Source: Chlorokybus atmophyticus (taxonomy: Eukaryota; Plantae; Mesostigma and Chlorokybus algae). From it: 64,000 bases of DNA. How positions within the stretch are numbered: the first letter of the stretch is position 1; each line of letters starts with the position of its first letter. The stretch spans positions 1,721,932 through 1,785,931 of the forward strand of contig RHPI01002090.1 of the NCBI GenBank assembly GCA_009103225.1. The letters are read 5' to 3'. Below, piece after piece: positions 37,146 to 49,938 of the stretch. Made by a program: the position numbers and the translations under genes. The notes under the pieces were generated by a model. That model saw only the letters and a list, made by a program, of their open reading frames with translations, was not told where the DNA came from and did not search any database.

Positions 37146-37299
37146 CGCCGCCGGCGCCCGCCGCGCCACGGACGTCGCCCGCCACGCCGCCCGCCTGACG
37201 CCCGCCAACCGGACAATTCTGAGCGAGCTCACGTGAGATGGACGGGCCTGTGCCGGTCGTTGCCCTTCAGGGGAACATACGCGGATTGCATCATCTTGT

Positions 37300-37560
37300 A
37301 CCGTAGTGACCAGGACTTTAGGTGTTGATTGAAACTTTGAGAGTTATTCGTTCAGGGTTTTTGCAGAGGTATAAGTGATTTCGTTTATTCCGCGCGACTT
37401 TTGGCACTTCTGCCGGCGCGTTATTGACATCGACGCGGAGCGCGCGGCTCCAATTAGAATGCTTCCCTATGGTTCGGCTTTTGACCATACGCCTTGGTTA
37501 GAATAAGTTGATGGCACTTTTGGAATGGATTTTAACACGTAAAGTCCTGGTCACTACGGT
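37300..37560. mobile_element. MITE with perfect 21-bp TIRs upstream of the SCLT1-like gene
   Basis: ACCGTAGTGACCAGGACTTTA (37300-37320) is the exact reverse complement of TAAAGTCCTGGTCACTACGGT (37540-37560). CCGTA start as in the 27.5-kb MITE. TA is present on the left flank only. Confidence 0.8.
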
Positions 37561-40500
37561 TTTCTGATTTATGGCTCCAAATAGTATAAATTAGATCAAT
37601 CCAGTGAGCACGAAGTTATAATCGGCAAACGTTTTTATATCGTCATTGTTTATTGCTACAATGACGACAGTATACCCACGTATGAGAGGCCTGTTATGTC
37701 AAATTTAAGATTACATACATATCTCGTGCGTGCACGCACGATATTAACAATGTTACATTACATGCTTCATGTCACTTACTTGACATCAACCCATTGCCTG
37801 CAACGAAGTATTGTTTGAGCGCGTTGAAATGAACAAGAATGTAAACATGTACAACTTATACTTTACATTATTTCGTTGTTGCGACTAAAAGTGAGCAACA
37901 ATAAAATTTAGCAATAAGCAAGTCATGACATTGAGCAAGTAAACAGTTTTATGCATGCCGATAACGTATGTAACGTCGAAGTGTATAATCAATGATGACA
38001 ATGAAGGCAACTGGTGCAATGATTCTCACAACGCAGTGAATAGTGGGATTAATTTGATAGGGATTGGCGATTAATTCATGGTAGAGTAAATCAAGGGTCT
38101 TGATGAGAGTGACGCACTCACTATTCACTGCGTATCATCCGCAAACCGATGATGAAACCGAATCAATGACAAGCATTTATAGTCCGCTTAGCGCCTATTT
38201 CAAGATGATTATATCGCAATTCATGAAGCGAGACGTGAGCACAACGGAGACAAGTGCATTTCGCATGTGCTAGCTGCCAAAGACGGCTTTTAATCAAGAG
38301 CAAGCAATGGTAGTGTTTGTAGCACGCTCATACGGTTTCACAACAACGCACATGCGGTGAAAACTTCAACAGCAGCATGCGAGTGACGCTTACCACCGCG
38401 TCAACCATTGTCTGCGTATGGGCGGGTTACGAACAAAGCGAGGAAGCGGCTAACAGCCAAGCGCCTTCCAACTTGAACACAACAAGCTGATGATAATCCG
38501 AGGCACTTGCAATATGTTATGTAAAATTGTATGTACAAGTGCATTGCGCGGACATTACAATATCGTTCAAAACATGCACGACATCTACTTAAGAGTAGAT
38601 GGTTATCTCAGGTAATAGCAACCAAGGTTGCTATTACCTAAGTTACTACTTCAATCCATGTATCTAAGGACATCGTGGTTATGTCACTACAAGAATGATC
38701 AATGGACGTTAGATAGTTTTTGGGCCTGTACTGACTCATTACACTTGTGTGGATCGGATCCACACAACTTCTAATACGCGACCTATGTCGTGACTTGGGT
38801 AGGGGCCTGCAACAATGTAAAAAAACACAACCGGATTGATATGACATACACATGCGTGAAATGACATGCTTTTGTGGCGATTGTTGGCAATGCAACGATG
38901 CAACGGATTGCAATTGCTGTTGTTGTGTGTTAACAATTTTCATCAGCTGCAATTGAAGTTACACAAAAATAGATATCAGATGTTAATAGCAATTATAGCA
39001 ATAGTAATAATATTATAATATCAATAGCAATAAGCACAATTGATTACGCATCTCACAGCGCACCTCGACTAGCAGGGGGAGCTTGCAAGTGACATATATG
39101 ACGACATCGTCGTTGACAAGGCATCCATCATAACTTTAATGCATCAATAATTATGGTTCAAAAAATTACAAAAGAGATATGCCAGATGAATATTGAACGT
39201 GATCATCATGATGCTCAAATTTTTGGGTGGTTAACCACCCCAGCCTCGCTCTGTTGCCATTACTGTCATGCTTATACAAAAAGCAAGTGATAAGATGTTT
39301 TGATTCAAAACCATTATGTTGCGAGCGCCCGCAGTTGAAAAATAGAAATAAATGGTTATGTCACAAGCATACAACCCCCTCATGCGGCAAAATCAGATGT
39401 ACCGCCGCCGTTGCCGCTACTGCTGCCGCTGCCGCCGTTTGATGTGTTTTCAAGTTCAATACTAGGTGGGCTGATCAATGATAGTGCTTTTACAAATACT
39501 GCTATGACAATTCATGAGAAACATGCTATTGAGTGTTTAGGCCTCAAAAACGCAATTATATTAAAGCAGTCCCTGTAATGACTTATATTTGCGTAGGCTC
39601 GTATCCAGCCCCACATTTCAGATGTGATTGTTTTTGAGAAATTCTTGCTCGTGCTATAAACTCCGTTCGCTCATGTTGATTGTAACTGTTTCAATTTGTT
39701 GATTTTCTGATTTTTTGTTGGTTTTCTCCCCTAACAAGAGTTCCTCTCAGCAAATGATGTTAAAGAGATTGCAGAGCCATAATCATCAATCTTTAGCATT
39801 ATGTTGCGCAGTATTTAAATCGAAACAGGCTATTCATGAATACATTTTAGATTATGTTGCGCTGACACTTTGGGGCATAAGTTATGGCATGACATACAAA
39901 TTGCAATGTTGATTACATAGTACAGAATCGCTTCAACGTCTTTGCTCATGCATGACTACGATGCATATTGTATGCATGTGTAACCCAACTATATAAAGCT
40001 TCTTTTGCCTTTATGAATAAATTATGCTTATGCAACATTACATGCTAGCGCACGCGCTCGTGTTCTCGCAATTTCATTGTAAATTACATAACCTCACCCT
40101 GCGAATTCATAAGTAGTACTTAATGCCATGTCTCTCAATCATGCTAACCTGTGCAGCCAATGCTGTGTGTAATCAGTATGAATTGCCGTTTTGTTGATGT
40201 ACATACAGCACACGGAGCTAAGCTAGTGAATACCTTTCGTCACATGGCATGACGACCCTGACCCTAACCCTAGTTAACCTTAAGTAGCTGATGCTAACAT
40301 GCCGCTTACTGAAGACGCATGTCATTATTAAAGCGTAATGTTATAAAGCTGCAATAACCTGTATGATGCATGAGGTTGGTTGTAAGGGAGCAAGTGCATG
40401 CAAGGTTGGCTTCAGCGTCATGCTCTTGCTGCGCACGCATGCATGCTGCTAGCAGCTACAACTCAAACCCGTTGAAGCAGCAGCATGCAACTACGTACCA

Positions 40501-41230
40501 ATGTTCAACATCGAACCCTATCACTTTTTGAATAAGTTGCTTGCTGCGTAGGTTCCTTACATCTTAACCTTAACCTCAAGTTTTTGGTGCATGCTGCCGA
40601 TGCTAGCTGCAAGCGAGAGCCAATAGTGATGATCACTGTTCAATACTTTGAATTATCATAATGAAGAATGCTAAACATTAAGCATGTTGGAAAAAGCAGT
40701 TTGCATTCTGTGTTTTGTTTTTGTGATGGATGCATATTAGACAATGATACATTGAAATGACAACTTCATGGCCACAATAGTCCAATCTTGTATCTTCACG
40801 GAGTGTAGGTGCTCGTCAGAGTATAATAGTCCGTTACAAATGAAATAGTTCTACTCACACAAGGCTTTTCGGGTTTTAATGCGTGGCTATAAAAATTATC
40901 AAACTTTCAAACGACATGCACGATGGCGGCGGCAAGCAAACGGAAAATAAACATATATTATAATCGATACATACTTATTTCGTAACATAACAATATTATA
41001 CCAAGGTTAAAAACGTTGTTGATATGATCTGATTGAAATCTCAAACGAAGATGAGTGTTGTATAATTCCTTTGTGCGGTGGCCTACGGTCAATGGTCATG
41101 TCATATAATAACAGTGGTTTTATAATCAGTAGAGTGCATGACAGCATAATGTGCTGCCATGCTCCCATGGTCATAAAACCTGCGTCATTATTGTGATACA
41201 CCCTTGAACCTCATGTATTTACCCCATTGA
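37561..41230. other. AT-rich, palindrome-rich intergenic block, probably decayed TE remnants
   Basis: Low GC, TG/CA excess, no credible ORF. Perfect hairpins at 38610-38639 and 38746-38766, and a 15-bp inverted repeat 38031-38133. Confidence 0.45.
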
Positions 41231-41571
41231 AGAGAATGATGGCATGCAGTTCAGCTAGTGTGATGGAAGATGGTTGATTACACAATTCATATTGATTGAA
41301 CGTGGGCATGATGATATGCATACTATTTGCACATTTCTATCATGAGAGTAAAGGGATTGCCAAAAGTCTAATATGTGCATGCAGCTACGCTTCTACGCAG
41401 GCCAGCTCAGCATGCGCACATATCCACACAGTCGCTCACACATTTGCCCTCACTATGCATACAGACCTGCAAGCAGCGTAACCGCATGCAGCTTCAGCCC
41501 CATTTTATGCGATGGAAACTCAAGAAGACGCACGGCATTGGTATAAACAAAACATGTACCAAGGCTCTCCC

Positions 41572-44222
41572 CTACACAACCTCAGGCCGGTACCCTTCAC
41601 TAACGAGTCCATGGTATCCTTTGGGACTATTGGCTCGCTGCTCGTTATTACACAGCACGGCCGTTTGCGATGACGGGGGCGCGCTGTAACAGTTGATCTT
41701 GCTGAAGAGTACCCTCAGGACCTTCTCCCTCTCCTCCCAGCTGAGCTCCGCCAGGTCCACGTCGTGCTTGCCGCGGGGCCGCTGGCTGATGCGAGGAAGC
41801 TGCTCTTGCTGCAGGTCGGTTGTTGTTGATGGGTTGGAGTCGCCCTTGCTAGTGATATTGCCGCTCTGCTTGCTGCTGTGCTTGATCTCCTCGCGAACGT
41901 GTGCCAACGACTCCACCAGAAACTGCTCCACATCACTCCTCTGCTGCACCACCTGTGAAAGGGCATTGTGTGTATGTGTGCGTGCGCACACGCGCGTGAG
42001 CATCTGTTGATACTACACATGCTCTTAAACAAACTGATGTATGATTCAGCGCTGTCTACCTGTTGTGCTAGTTTGCGTATGTGCCGCAGCTCGCGTGTCT
42101 TGAGACGCACGAGCCTGGTGAGAGCCTCGCGTTCGGCGCGCGCTTCAGCGCCCTCCGCGGCGCGCGCCGAGTCCGCCGCGGCCCTCTGCGCCTCAAACGC
42201 CTTCACAAGCTCCCCGAGAGACCTCTCCAGACTCCTCACCTGGTCATGTCACGCATAAGTATGGCGCAGAACAGTGACACCAACTTGTGTGGACAACAAA
42301 AAGAAGTGTGTCCAACCTTGGCGTTGGATTCCTTGAGGTCGCGCTGCTGCCGCGACCCCCTCAGCGCGTACTGCTGCTCCATCTCTTTCCCTATCTCCAG
42401 CTCTCGGGTGAGCCTCTTCTTCGCCTCTTCAAGCTCACTCTACCAAACCAACCACCACACCATGATTATCACACAACACCCCAACGCTCGCACCACCAAC
42501 CCTCCCCTTAACAACCAATCACCCACCTTCTGCTTCTGCAGCGCTTCGGTGAGCGCCAGGTTCCCCCTCAGGTCTTCTTCCACTCGTCTCGCATGCGCGA
42601 TGACCCGTCTCACCGCCACTGCATCCGCACTAGAGGATATCCCAGATGAGGACACCCCTCTGGCCAACACTCCACCCTCAAGCTCTTCTGCCGCCGCGCG
42701 TGCCGCCGCCGCCTCCGCCGCCCTTCCCTCCGCCTCGCGCCTCACGCGCACGGTCTGCTCGATGAAGCGGCGCTCGGCGTCCGCCACGCGCGTGTCGCCG
42801 TCGCGCTGGAGGAGGGCGTTGTCTTGTTGAAGTTGGGAGAGGAGGGATTCGACCTCGGATTGACGAGTGCGCCACTCGGTTACCGAAGTGAGGTCGCGCT
42901 GGAGGGTCTCAACCTGGGGGGGGGNNNNNNNNNNNNNNNNNNNNNNNNNNNNNNNNNNNNNNNNNNNNNNNNNNNNNNNNNNNNNNNNNNNNNNNNNNNN
43001 NNNNNNNNNNNNNNNNNNNNNNNNNNNNNNNNNNNNNNNNNNNNNNNNNNNNNNNNNNNNNNNNNNNNNNNNNNNNNNNNNNNNNNNNNNNNNNNNNNNN
43101 NNNNNNNNNNNNNNNNNNNNNNNNNNNNNNNNNNNNNNNNNNNNNNNNNNNNNNNNNNNNNNNNNNGGGTGTAAACTTGTGTAGTTGTGTATGCTGCAAG
43201 TTTGCTGAGTGTCTGCTTGTGTTGTGTGCTTGCCTGTGCGTGAAGGGAGGCGGAGGTGGAGGCTAGCTGCTCTTGTAGGTGCTGTTCTCGCTGCTGGGCT
43301 TGCTCCTGGGACTCTGCGCGCTCCCTTACGCTGTCTGCCAGATGCTGGCAAAGCAACGTACGAGGCTAGTGAGTATGTGCACACGTGTCTCACACGCAGG
43401 CCTTCAACAACATTCACTCTGTGACTATGTGTACGTCGGGCCTTACAAACCTTGTTAAACTTGGACATATGACAAACACATTCAGATTCGCACCTGTTCC
43501 AGCTGCGCCTCCAGCTGTAGTATCCTCTCATTCTTGCGCAGGATCTCCTTGCGCAAGAACTCGGTCACCTCATACTGCGCACAACAGTCACATGTGAAGA
43601 TGGAGTCCTATGTTCCACTATCTATTGTGAGTATGACAAAAGCGCAATTACACTGACGTTTTCCTGGATGGCAGTGTCGCGGTCCTCGTGCAGGGCGCGG
43701 TTCTCGGACACCAGCGCCTCCACGCGCGCGCGGGCCTCCTCCAGAGCCCGCCGCTTGCGCTTGTTTCTGGAGATTATCACATCGCATTATTGATCAGAAT
43801 CATACTACAGAACCGCACGTGGAGGTGCAATGGCGGTCAGGTTAGAGATTCGGCTGCACTAAATTAGGCTCGCCCTGTGCAAGTCAGCAACACTACAGGC
43901 TGCCCCATTGCAGCTGCACGAAACTCACATACGAGTTCAATCAAGCAATCACAAGATGTCTTAATAATTCTGATGTTTGTAGTTCTTCTCTGAGTTTCAG
44001 TGCTCAGCAAGCGCCAGATGCATCCCCTCGTTGACCAGGCCAGCACACGTTCAGATGCGTTTAATCACACCACCCCTCCACGTCCACTCACTCTTCCTGC
44101 AGCAAGACCAGCTGCGTCGCGGCGGTGGCGATGGTAGAGAAGGATGTGGACGCCCCTCCGCCTCCTGCGCTCGCCCCGCGGCTACCATCGCCGCCACCGT
44201 CCGCCGCCGCCGCCTTGCCCAT
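41572..44222 (-). CDS. BBOF1: Basal body-orientation factor 1 (CCDC176/DUF4515), multi-exon
   Basis: YEVTEFLRKEILRKNE; LTRLVRLKTRELRHIRKLAQQ|VVQQRSDVEQFLVESLAHVREEI; C-terminal signature VDLAELSWEEREKVLRVLFSKIN (human VDIGDLTWEQKEKVLRLLFAKMN, from memory). Confidence 0.88.
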
Positions 44223-44359
44223 CTCCAAGCACAACCCCAGAACAAACAAGTATCAGGCACTCACACTTGGCTGGCTCCCAAGTCTGTCTGGCTCACGTGA
44301 CAGACTAACCCTAGTCCATTCTTCAGGTATGTCGCTGCGAAACTCCATCCCAGTCATGT

Positions 44360-44877
44360 ATGGCGCAGCAGCCATCTGAGCAAGCTCGATATCAGTCCAC
44401 GTTTGAAAAGTCTGACAACGTGACTCGGATGACGCCGCTCAGGTGTATTCTGTTCTACTGGGCGGCTGTTGCGGCGGCGGAGGTGGTGGAGGTGGAGGTG
44501 GAGGTGGAGTGGGCGGCGGCGGCGGCAGTCGGTGGCAAGGCAGCAGTTGCGAGGACTCTTGTCTGTGCTGTTCTTCTCTTCACAACTTTTACAGCCGTCA
44601 AGGCATTCGGCGTGTGGCACCGGGGCTCGCTGCGACCTGACGCAAACCCGGCCTGTGGCGACTGCCACTGCTGCTGTGAAGCACAAAGTGGCCAATCCTG
44701 TATACCGCAAGTACGACAAACAGTCGCTTGAGAGAGTGTTCAAGTATGTTTCCGCTGTTGTTGCGGCTCAACAGTTCGGCCATTGGATGTGTTCACCATT
44801 TTGTGAACCTCTCTGTGTCCAAGGCACTGCATGTGTTCGAATTGTTCAATGCCAGTGGCGTCCAGTCCGCAGTCTGA
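44360..44877 (+). CDS. Possible small spliced ORF or 5' UTR exons divergent from BBOF1, unknown product
   Basis: Canonical-looking exon 44595-44743 (KHKVANPVYRKYDKQSLERVF) with AG/GT ends. Start and stop cannot be reconciled unambiguously. Confidence 0.25.
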
Positions 44878-45450
44878 TCTGCGGCGTGTGCCGGTGACTG
44901 TGCCGTATGCACTTGCACTGGCGGCCTTTGTAAAGTTGGTGTGTCATGACAAGACCGTAGGCAGGAGGGCAGTTGAGCAAGCGTTGTGCACAAGCATGTC
45001 CTGTACACTGTGCAAATCCGTTCACTACTTTCATTGGTCTGTTGGTCTCTTCTGGTGCTGCTGTCTTGCACTCGGACGCATAGAACTGCACGCACGCATC
45101 GTGTGCATTGGCCAAGTTTGTGCGCCATCGTGCCAGCGCATACTTTCTGTGTGCGTGGTTAAGTCCAGTTTTGGTATGTTGCCACTTGTGCTGCGACTTG
45201 AAGTTTGGGTTCAAGCAAGCTGCTGCTCGCAGGCGTGTGAAGGTGTCTTTTGCACCTTAACAAGGCTAACCTGGAAGACACCCTTCATCAACATACAACA
45301 GCTCGAGTGCAGCACTTAGCCACCGCCCACGTACAAGCACACGCCCGCTAGCTGCCAACTCCAAGCAGGTCAGTCCTGTTGAGCTGCTCTCAACCAAGTT
45401 GCATCCTCTTTACATCGTGCTGTGATGGCCAGAGCAAGGGAGAGAGAGAC

Positions 45451-46725
45451 ATGTCGGTCCGGAGTCAGGTCACGAGGGCGGGGAGCAGGGATCCCCCGCT
45501 TGACGTGGTGGACTTGTGTCGGCGTGAGGACCCGAGCAAGGTGCTTACGATCGCTGCGGGAATGATCAAGCGTTCTCCGCGGTCGCCGCTGGGTCACCGC
45601 CTACTTATCGCCACGCACGTCCGCATGGCCATGGACAGCAAGGATCAGGACGAGCAGCAGCACAAGCAGCACCTTTTGACGGCGCTGCGTGCGGCCCGCG
45701 CGGCCACGCTGATCGTGAGCAACTCCCTCGGGTGCTGCCTCATGCACGCGCAGCTGGCGGCAACCATGTCGGACGATATGGAGGCCGTCGTGCGTGAGTG
45801 CGAAAGTGCCGTCAACATCGCTAACCCCATCGACCCACTCGACGAACGCGTGGACGACTCGATCGCATTCCCACCCGACAGCAACCCGCAGGACCGAGTG
45901 CGGGCTGTACTCGCACTCATTGCCACCACAAAAGAAGCTGCCCTTGCTAAGATGGCGGCCTCGTCCTCCTCCTCGCCAACCACAAAAGCTTCACACCCAC
46001 CCGAATATGCACCCGTGCCGGTGCTCGTGCCCGTGGCACCCCGCACGCACACTACCGATGACAAACAAGCAGACCTACCAGCTCCCGACAACAACAACAA
46101 CAACAACACCGCAGGCCAACAAGCATCTTCACTACCAACAGACAGTGCGAATGGAGAGCAGCCAATGTCTCCATGTGCACAAGCAGCGGCGGGTTCGCCT
46201 CGCGTTGCGGTGAGACCTCCTCAGCGGCGTAACAGACGGGCCGCGAGTGACAACAACAACAACACTATCAGCAGGCCGGTGCCCATCGTGGTACCTGGCG
46301 CGGATAGTGCGAGTGCGGGTGTTGATCATGAGGATGATGATGATGATAGTGACTCGGATGCGAGTCTTGGTGGTGAGCTGTCGCCCGTGCCGATGGCCAA
46401 CGGCTTTGACAGGGAAGAGAGCATGTCCCCGTTCTTCCTCACCACACCATTGCCAAACGTAAGCAGTTGCTTGGAGGCATGTCAAACATCCAACTTGCAT
46501 GCACACCCACCAATGCTTGCGTGCTGTGCTTCTTCAAGTGCAAGTACTTATGCCATGATTGGGTATTGGTCATGGCAGGGCTCCAGCAGTTTTGCCAAAA
46601 GCCCCTTGCAAGGTCTGGAGGCACGTGTGGCACGCAACCTCACGTTCAACTCGGACTCCAAGCAGCAGGAGCCTGCGGGTGAGGCTGGCGTGTACGTCTA
46701 CACCTCATCGGACGACAGCGAGTGA
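45451..46725 (+). CDS. DUF627-domain protein (N-terminal module of plant UCH-related proteins) with low-complexity tail
   Basis: SPLGHRLL...KQHLLTALRAARAATLIVSNSL...MEAVVRECESAVNIANPIDP resembles SALIHRV...QRHLKNAIESARKAVELSPNSI...YEEVVQECERALAIENPIDP (recalled). Probable in-frame intron 46459-46578. Stop at 46725. Confidence 0.72.
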   Translation: MSVRSQVTRAGSRDPPLDVVDLCRREDPSKVLTIAAGMIKRSPRSPLGHRLLIATHVRMAMDSKDQDEQQHKQHLLTALRAARAATLIVSNSLGCCLMHAQLAATMSDDMEAVVRECESAVNIANPIDPLDERVDDSIAFPPDSNPQDRVRAVLALIATTKEAALAKMAASSSSSPTTKASHPPEYAPVPVLVPVAPRTHTTDDKQADLPAPDNNNNNNTAGQQASSLPTDSANGEQPMSPCAQAAAGSPRVAVRPPQRRNRRAASDNNNNTISRPVPIVVPGADSASAGVDHEDDDDDSDSDASLGGELSPVPMANGFDREESMSPFFLTTPLPNVSSCLEACQTSNLHAHPPMLACCASSSASTYAMIGYWSWQGSSSFAKSPLQGLEARVARNLTFNSDSKQQEPAGEAGVYVYTSSDDSE

Positions 46726-48190
46726 GCTGAACAACACGCACATTGTGTTGTTGTAGCAAGAACGCAGCATATCTGCATAGCAAGTACAGCGCAGTAGTAG
46801 ACCAGAGGCAGATCTTTGTTGACAGCAGGAGGGGGGTGGGGGGTAATGCGAGTACGTAGTGCGTAGTTGCAAGTTGTCTTTGAACTTGACAGTCGTTGGC
46901 ATAGCCATGTACAGAGACTCATGGGCGAGCAAGTTGTTGTCACGCATTTCGCAAGGGTGCATCATGTTGTGGCTGGTATGAAGAAAGTGGAATGATTGTC
47001 TTTGGCGTATGAGATGTGGGCAGGGAGGTTATGGCATATATACGACTTGGTAGATGTGCAACATGGTCATTGTGCGTGTCCCCTGGCAATCCTTGTTCTG
47101 GCAAACACATGTTCCGGCTAGTGCTTGTAACCAAAGTCATAACATGAGCAGCTTCACTGCATCCTGTTTGGAATTCAAACACCCTCATGCAAGCAAAGCA
47201 CACCCCTGGAGCATGGTGCATACAGTCTACACTGGGTGCGGAATGCGGCATTTGCCATGCCGTTTGCTGTTGTTGTTGTTGTTGTCGTTGCTTACTGAAG
47301 TCGTCCCACCAAGGCAGTACGAGCCAATCAAGTACATGCTGGTGCTGTTTAAAAACGTAGCTCGGGCTTCTTGATGACTTATACAGGCTGTACACACATT
47401 GACTACTCAACCACTCCGTATGGCACGTCACGAATGTTGCCTAGCAGCAGGCATTCACTTCACTTCAACTGCAGCGTGGTCGTGGGGGAGCATGGCGGCG
47501 TCAACGGCGTCGGCGTTGCTGGCGGCGTGCGCGCCAGGTCGCATGCCGTCTCGGAACGTTTTCAGGTAAGCTGTTGCGGCGGCGCAAGTGCAGGTCGCGG
47601 GGGGTGGGGCCAGATGCTCATCGACGCCAGCATGACGTTCAGTGGGTTGGCTTCATGCTGTTGTTGTGCACTCAGGGGATTGCGTCACTGTTTGGAGCAT
47701 ACATGCGGCTTATCACGTATTGAAGCGCAGCATACAATTAATCGCTAACTCTCCATTCCGAGCTCTCCTCGCAACCCTGTCTCATACATGCATGCATGCA
47801 TGCATGCTTTCCAGGCCCATCTCGGCAAGAGCGAGAGTCGCCGCACCACACGCAGTTGGGTAGCAGTCGCTGTGAAGCATACATTGTCGGGACTGTCGGG
47901 GCAGTCACAAACTCAAGCAATCAATCAGTAAACGTCGTCATCACCGTCTAGACACCCTCACACACAAGCAAACAGCCCCCTGCGCATTGGTTTTGAGACT
48001 GGTCGAGCGGAGGTGCAACTTGTCTCATGGCAGGAATCGTCAGTGCTCGCATGCCTTGCGGCGAAGGCGGGTGCAGCCGAGTAGAGGTTGCGCACGTCCA
48101 TCACAGGTTTGCAAAACACAATTATGTGTGTATGTAATGCTCTGTTAGGTGGTCTTAGTTTGTATGGGGTGTGTTGTGTTGTGCCCGCAG

Positions 48191-49938
48191 ATTAAGTGCG
48201 CAGCTGGGTCGGGGACGGGTGTTGAGGACGTTAATCGGTTGTCCTTCCGACTGGTATGGACAAAGCAGGTTTTGTCCATGTGTTCGCCATTCCTTGCACT
48301 CGTCCTGTCGTAATTGGCATGACTGTCCAGCAGCCTTCGACTCACCGTGCATGAATGAATGCAAGTGCAACAGCACAGCAGTGTACAAGTACACCGCATA
48401 TGTGGCTATGTGGCAGATTCAGCGTGCACAACACAACCATAAGTTTGTCCACTGAACGCTGCTGCCTATGCTGTGCAAGGGTGTTTAGCAAGAACCAAAG
48501 CAACCGCATGCAAGTTCTTACTAGCAATGTCAAGTTATGATCATGTGTGCTTCTAAAACAAGACAACATAATCACGTAGTGTACACCGTTATAAGCACGC
48601 TGTCATCGATTGCCAGGCTGCCAAGTGTGTAACCAATAATATCATGTGTTGTTTGTTTCAAGCTTGCACCTCTGCTAACTGCTAGTTCTCATTTGAAACA
48701 TTTTGTTGCAGCCAAGTATCCCTGCGGCTTCGTCGAGCGATCGCGGCGTCTCGGCACTCCAGTCAACGCTGTTGCCGTGTGCTCTCGGCGCCGCTCTCGC
48801 AGTTCGCGACGTCCGCATCGACCCAGCTCGGCTCACTGCCACCACGGCATTCATCCTGTGCACCAAGGTACATTGATGCGCGGTCGACTGTGTTGTACCA
48901 ATTGCTGCGTGGTACTCTTTGCAAATATTTGTGAACCACAACAGGTTGCCGCGCTACTTGTCACATGCCAGCTCCAAAATCCAGCCACAGTTGGCGAGGA
49001 TCAGCTGGAACAGGACTCAGCAATCAGGTGTCAGCGTGCACTTGATTTGCAACAGTGGAACACAACCAGCTGGACAGCTGTTGTCGTATGTGGGATGTCC
49101 CTTGGGGTGGTTGCGGTTATTGCAGGGAAAAAGGTCAGCTTGCTGGGCGTGCTAAGTTGTACAAAGTATGCAATGCAGAATTGTGTGTGTGTTTGCTCAC
49201 GGCTTTCTACTACTGATCAAACTCTCTGTTTCTCATGCGCACAGATTGCGCTGCTTGGATTAGTGTTGGTGTGCTTCAGCATCCTGGGTGTGGTTACACA
49301 AGCTTTGCACAGTACGCCGGTGCCCACCTTGCTGGCAGTCATTGCTGTAGCAGTCTGTGGTGTGCTGCCCATTGCCATCACTTACTTCGCACAGGTAGCT
49401 TGCACTTTCTGGCTCGCTACCCAGGCCAAGTGTGGTTCTCTTCTCTTCAACGCCTGCGGTAACTTTGTACTAACAGGCGGCAACATTTTACTCCCACCCG
49501 CTGTTGTTCGCGTTGGCTGTTTCATTAGGGAGTGCTGTAGCTGCTGTTCAATACTTGGCGCTTGTGGAAACCACACATATTCGAGACTCCATGCCAGCTG
49601 CGGAAACGCTCCCTTTCACTATCAAGGTGCTCATGGGACATAGCTCACCTCATAACAACGCAGCAACAGTCAAGGACGAGGGTTTATATTATGGCATGGC
49701 ATGGCAGATGGCGCTATTGGTACTGTCAAGCTTCGCTATTGTGCCGCTTCTGCTGTGTGCGTGCTTGTATACTCCTACAAGCTGGATATTGCTGCCTCTC
49801 CTGACTGTACCCAGTTGGCGACAAGTATGGCAAGAGCATCTAAGAGACAACAGAGTTGTTGCGGGCACTTCCAACAAGCGTAGCAAGCTTCTCACAAAGT
49901 ATGGGTTGCTACTTGCAACTGGTGCACTCCTTTGCTAA
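48191..49938 (+). CDS. UbiA/MenA(UBIAD1)-like multi-pass membrane protein with degenerate catalytic motifs; 5' end unresolved (transit-peptide-like exons upstream, possibly from 47492)
   Basis: QSTLLPCALGAALAVRDVRIDPARL resembles [25 protein letters not shown]. About 8 hydrophobic segments across spliced exons. ETTHIRDS sits where NNxRD is expected. Confidence 0.6.
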
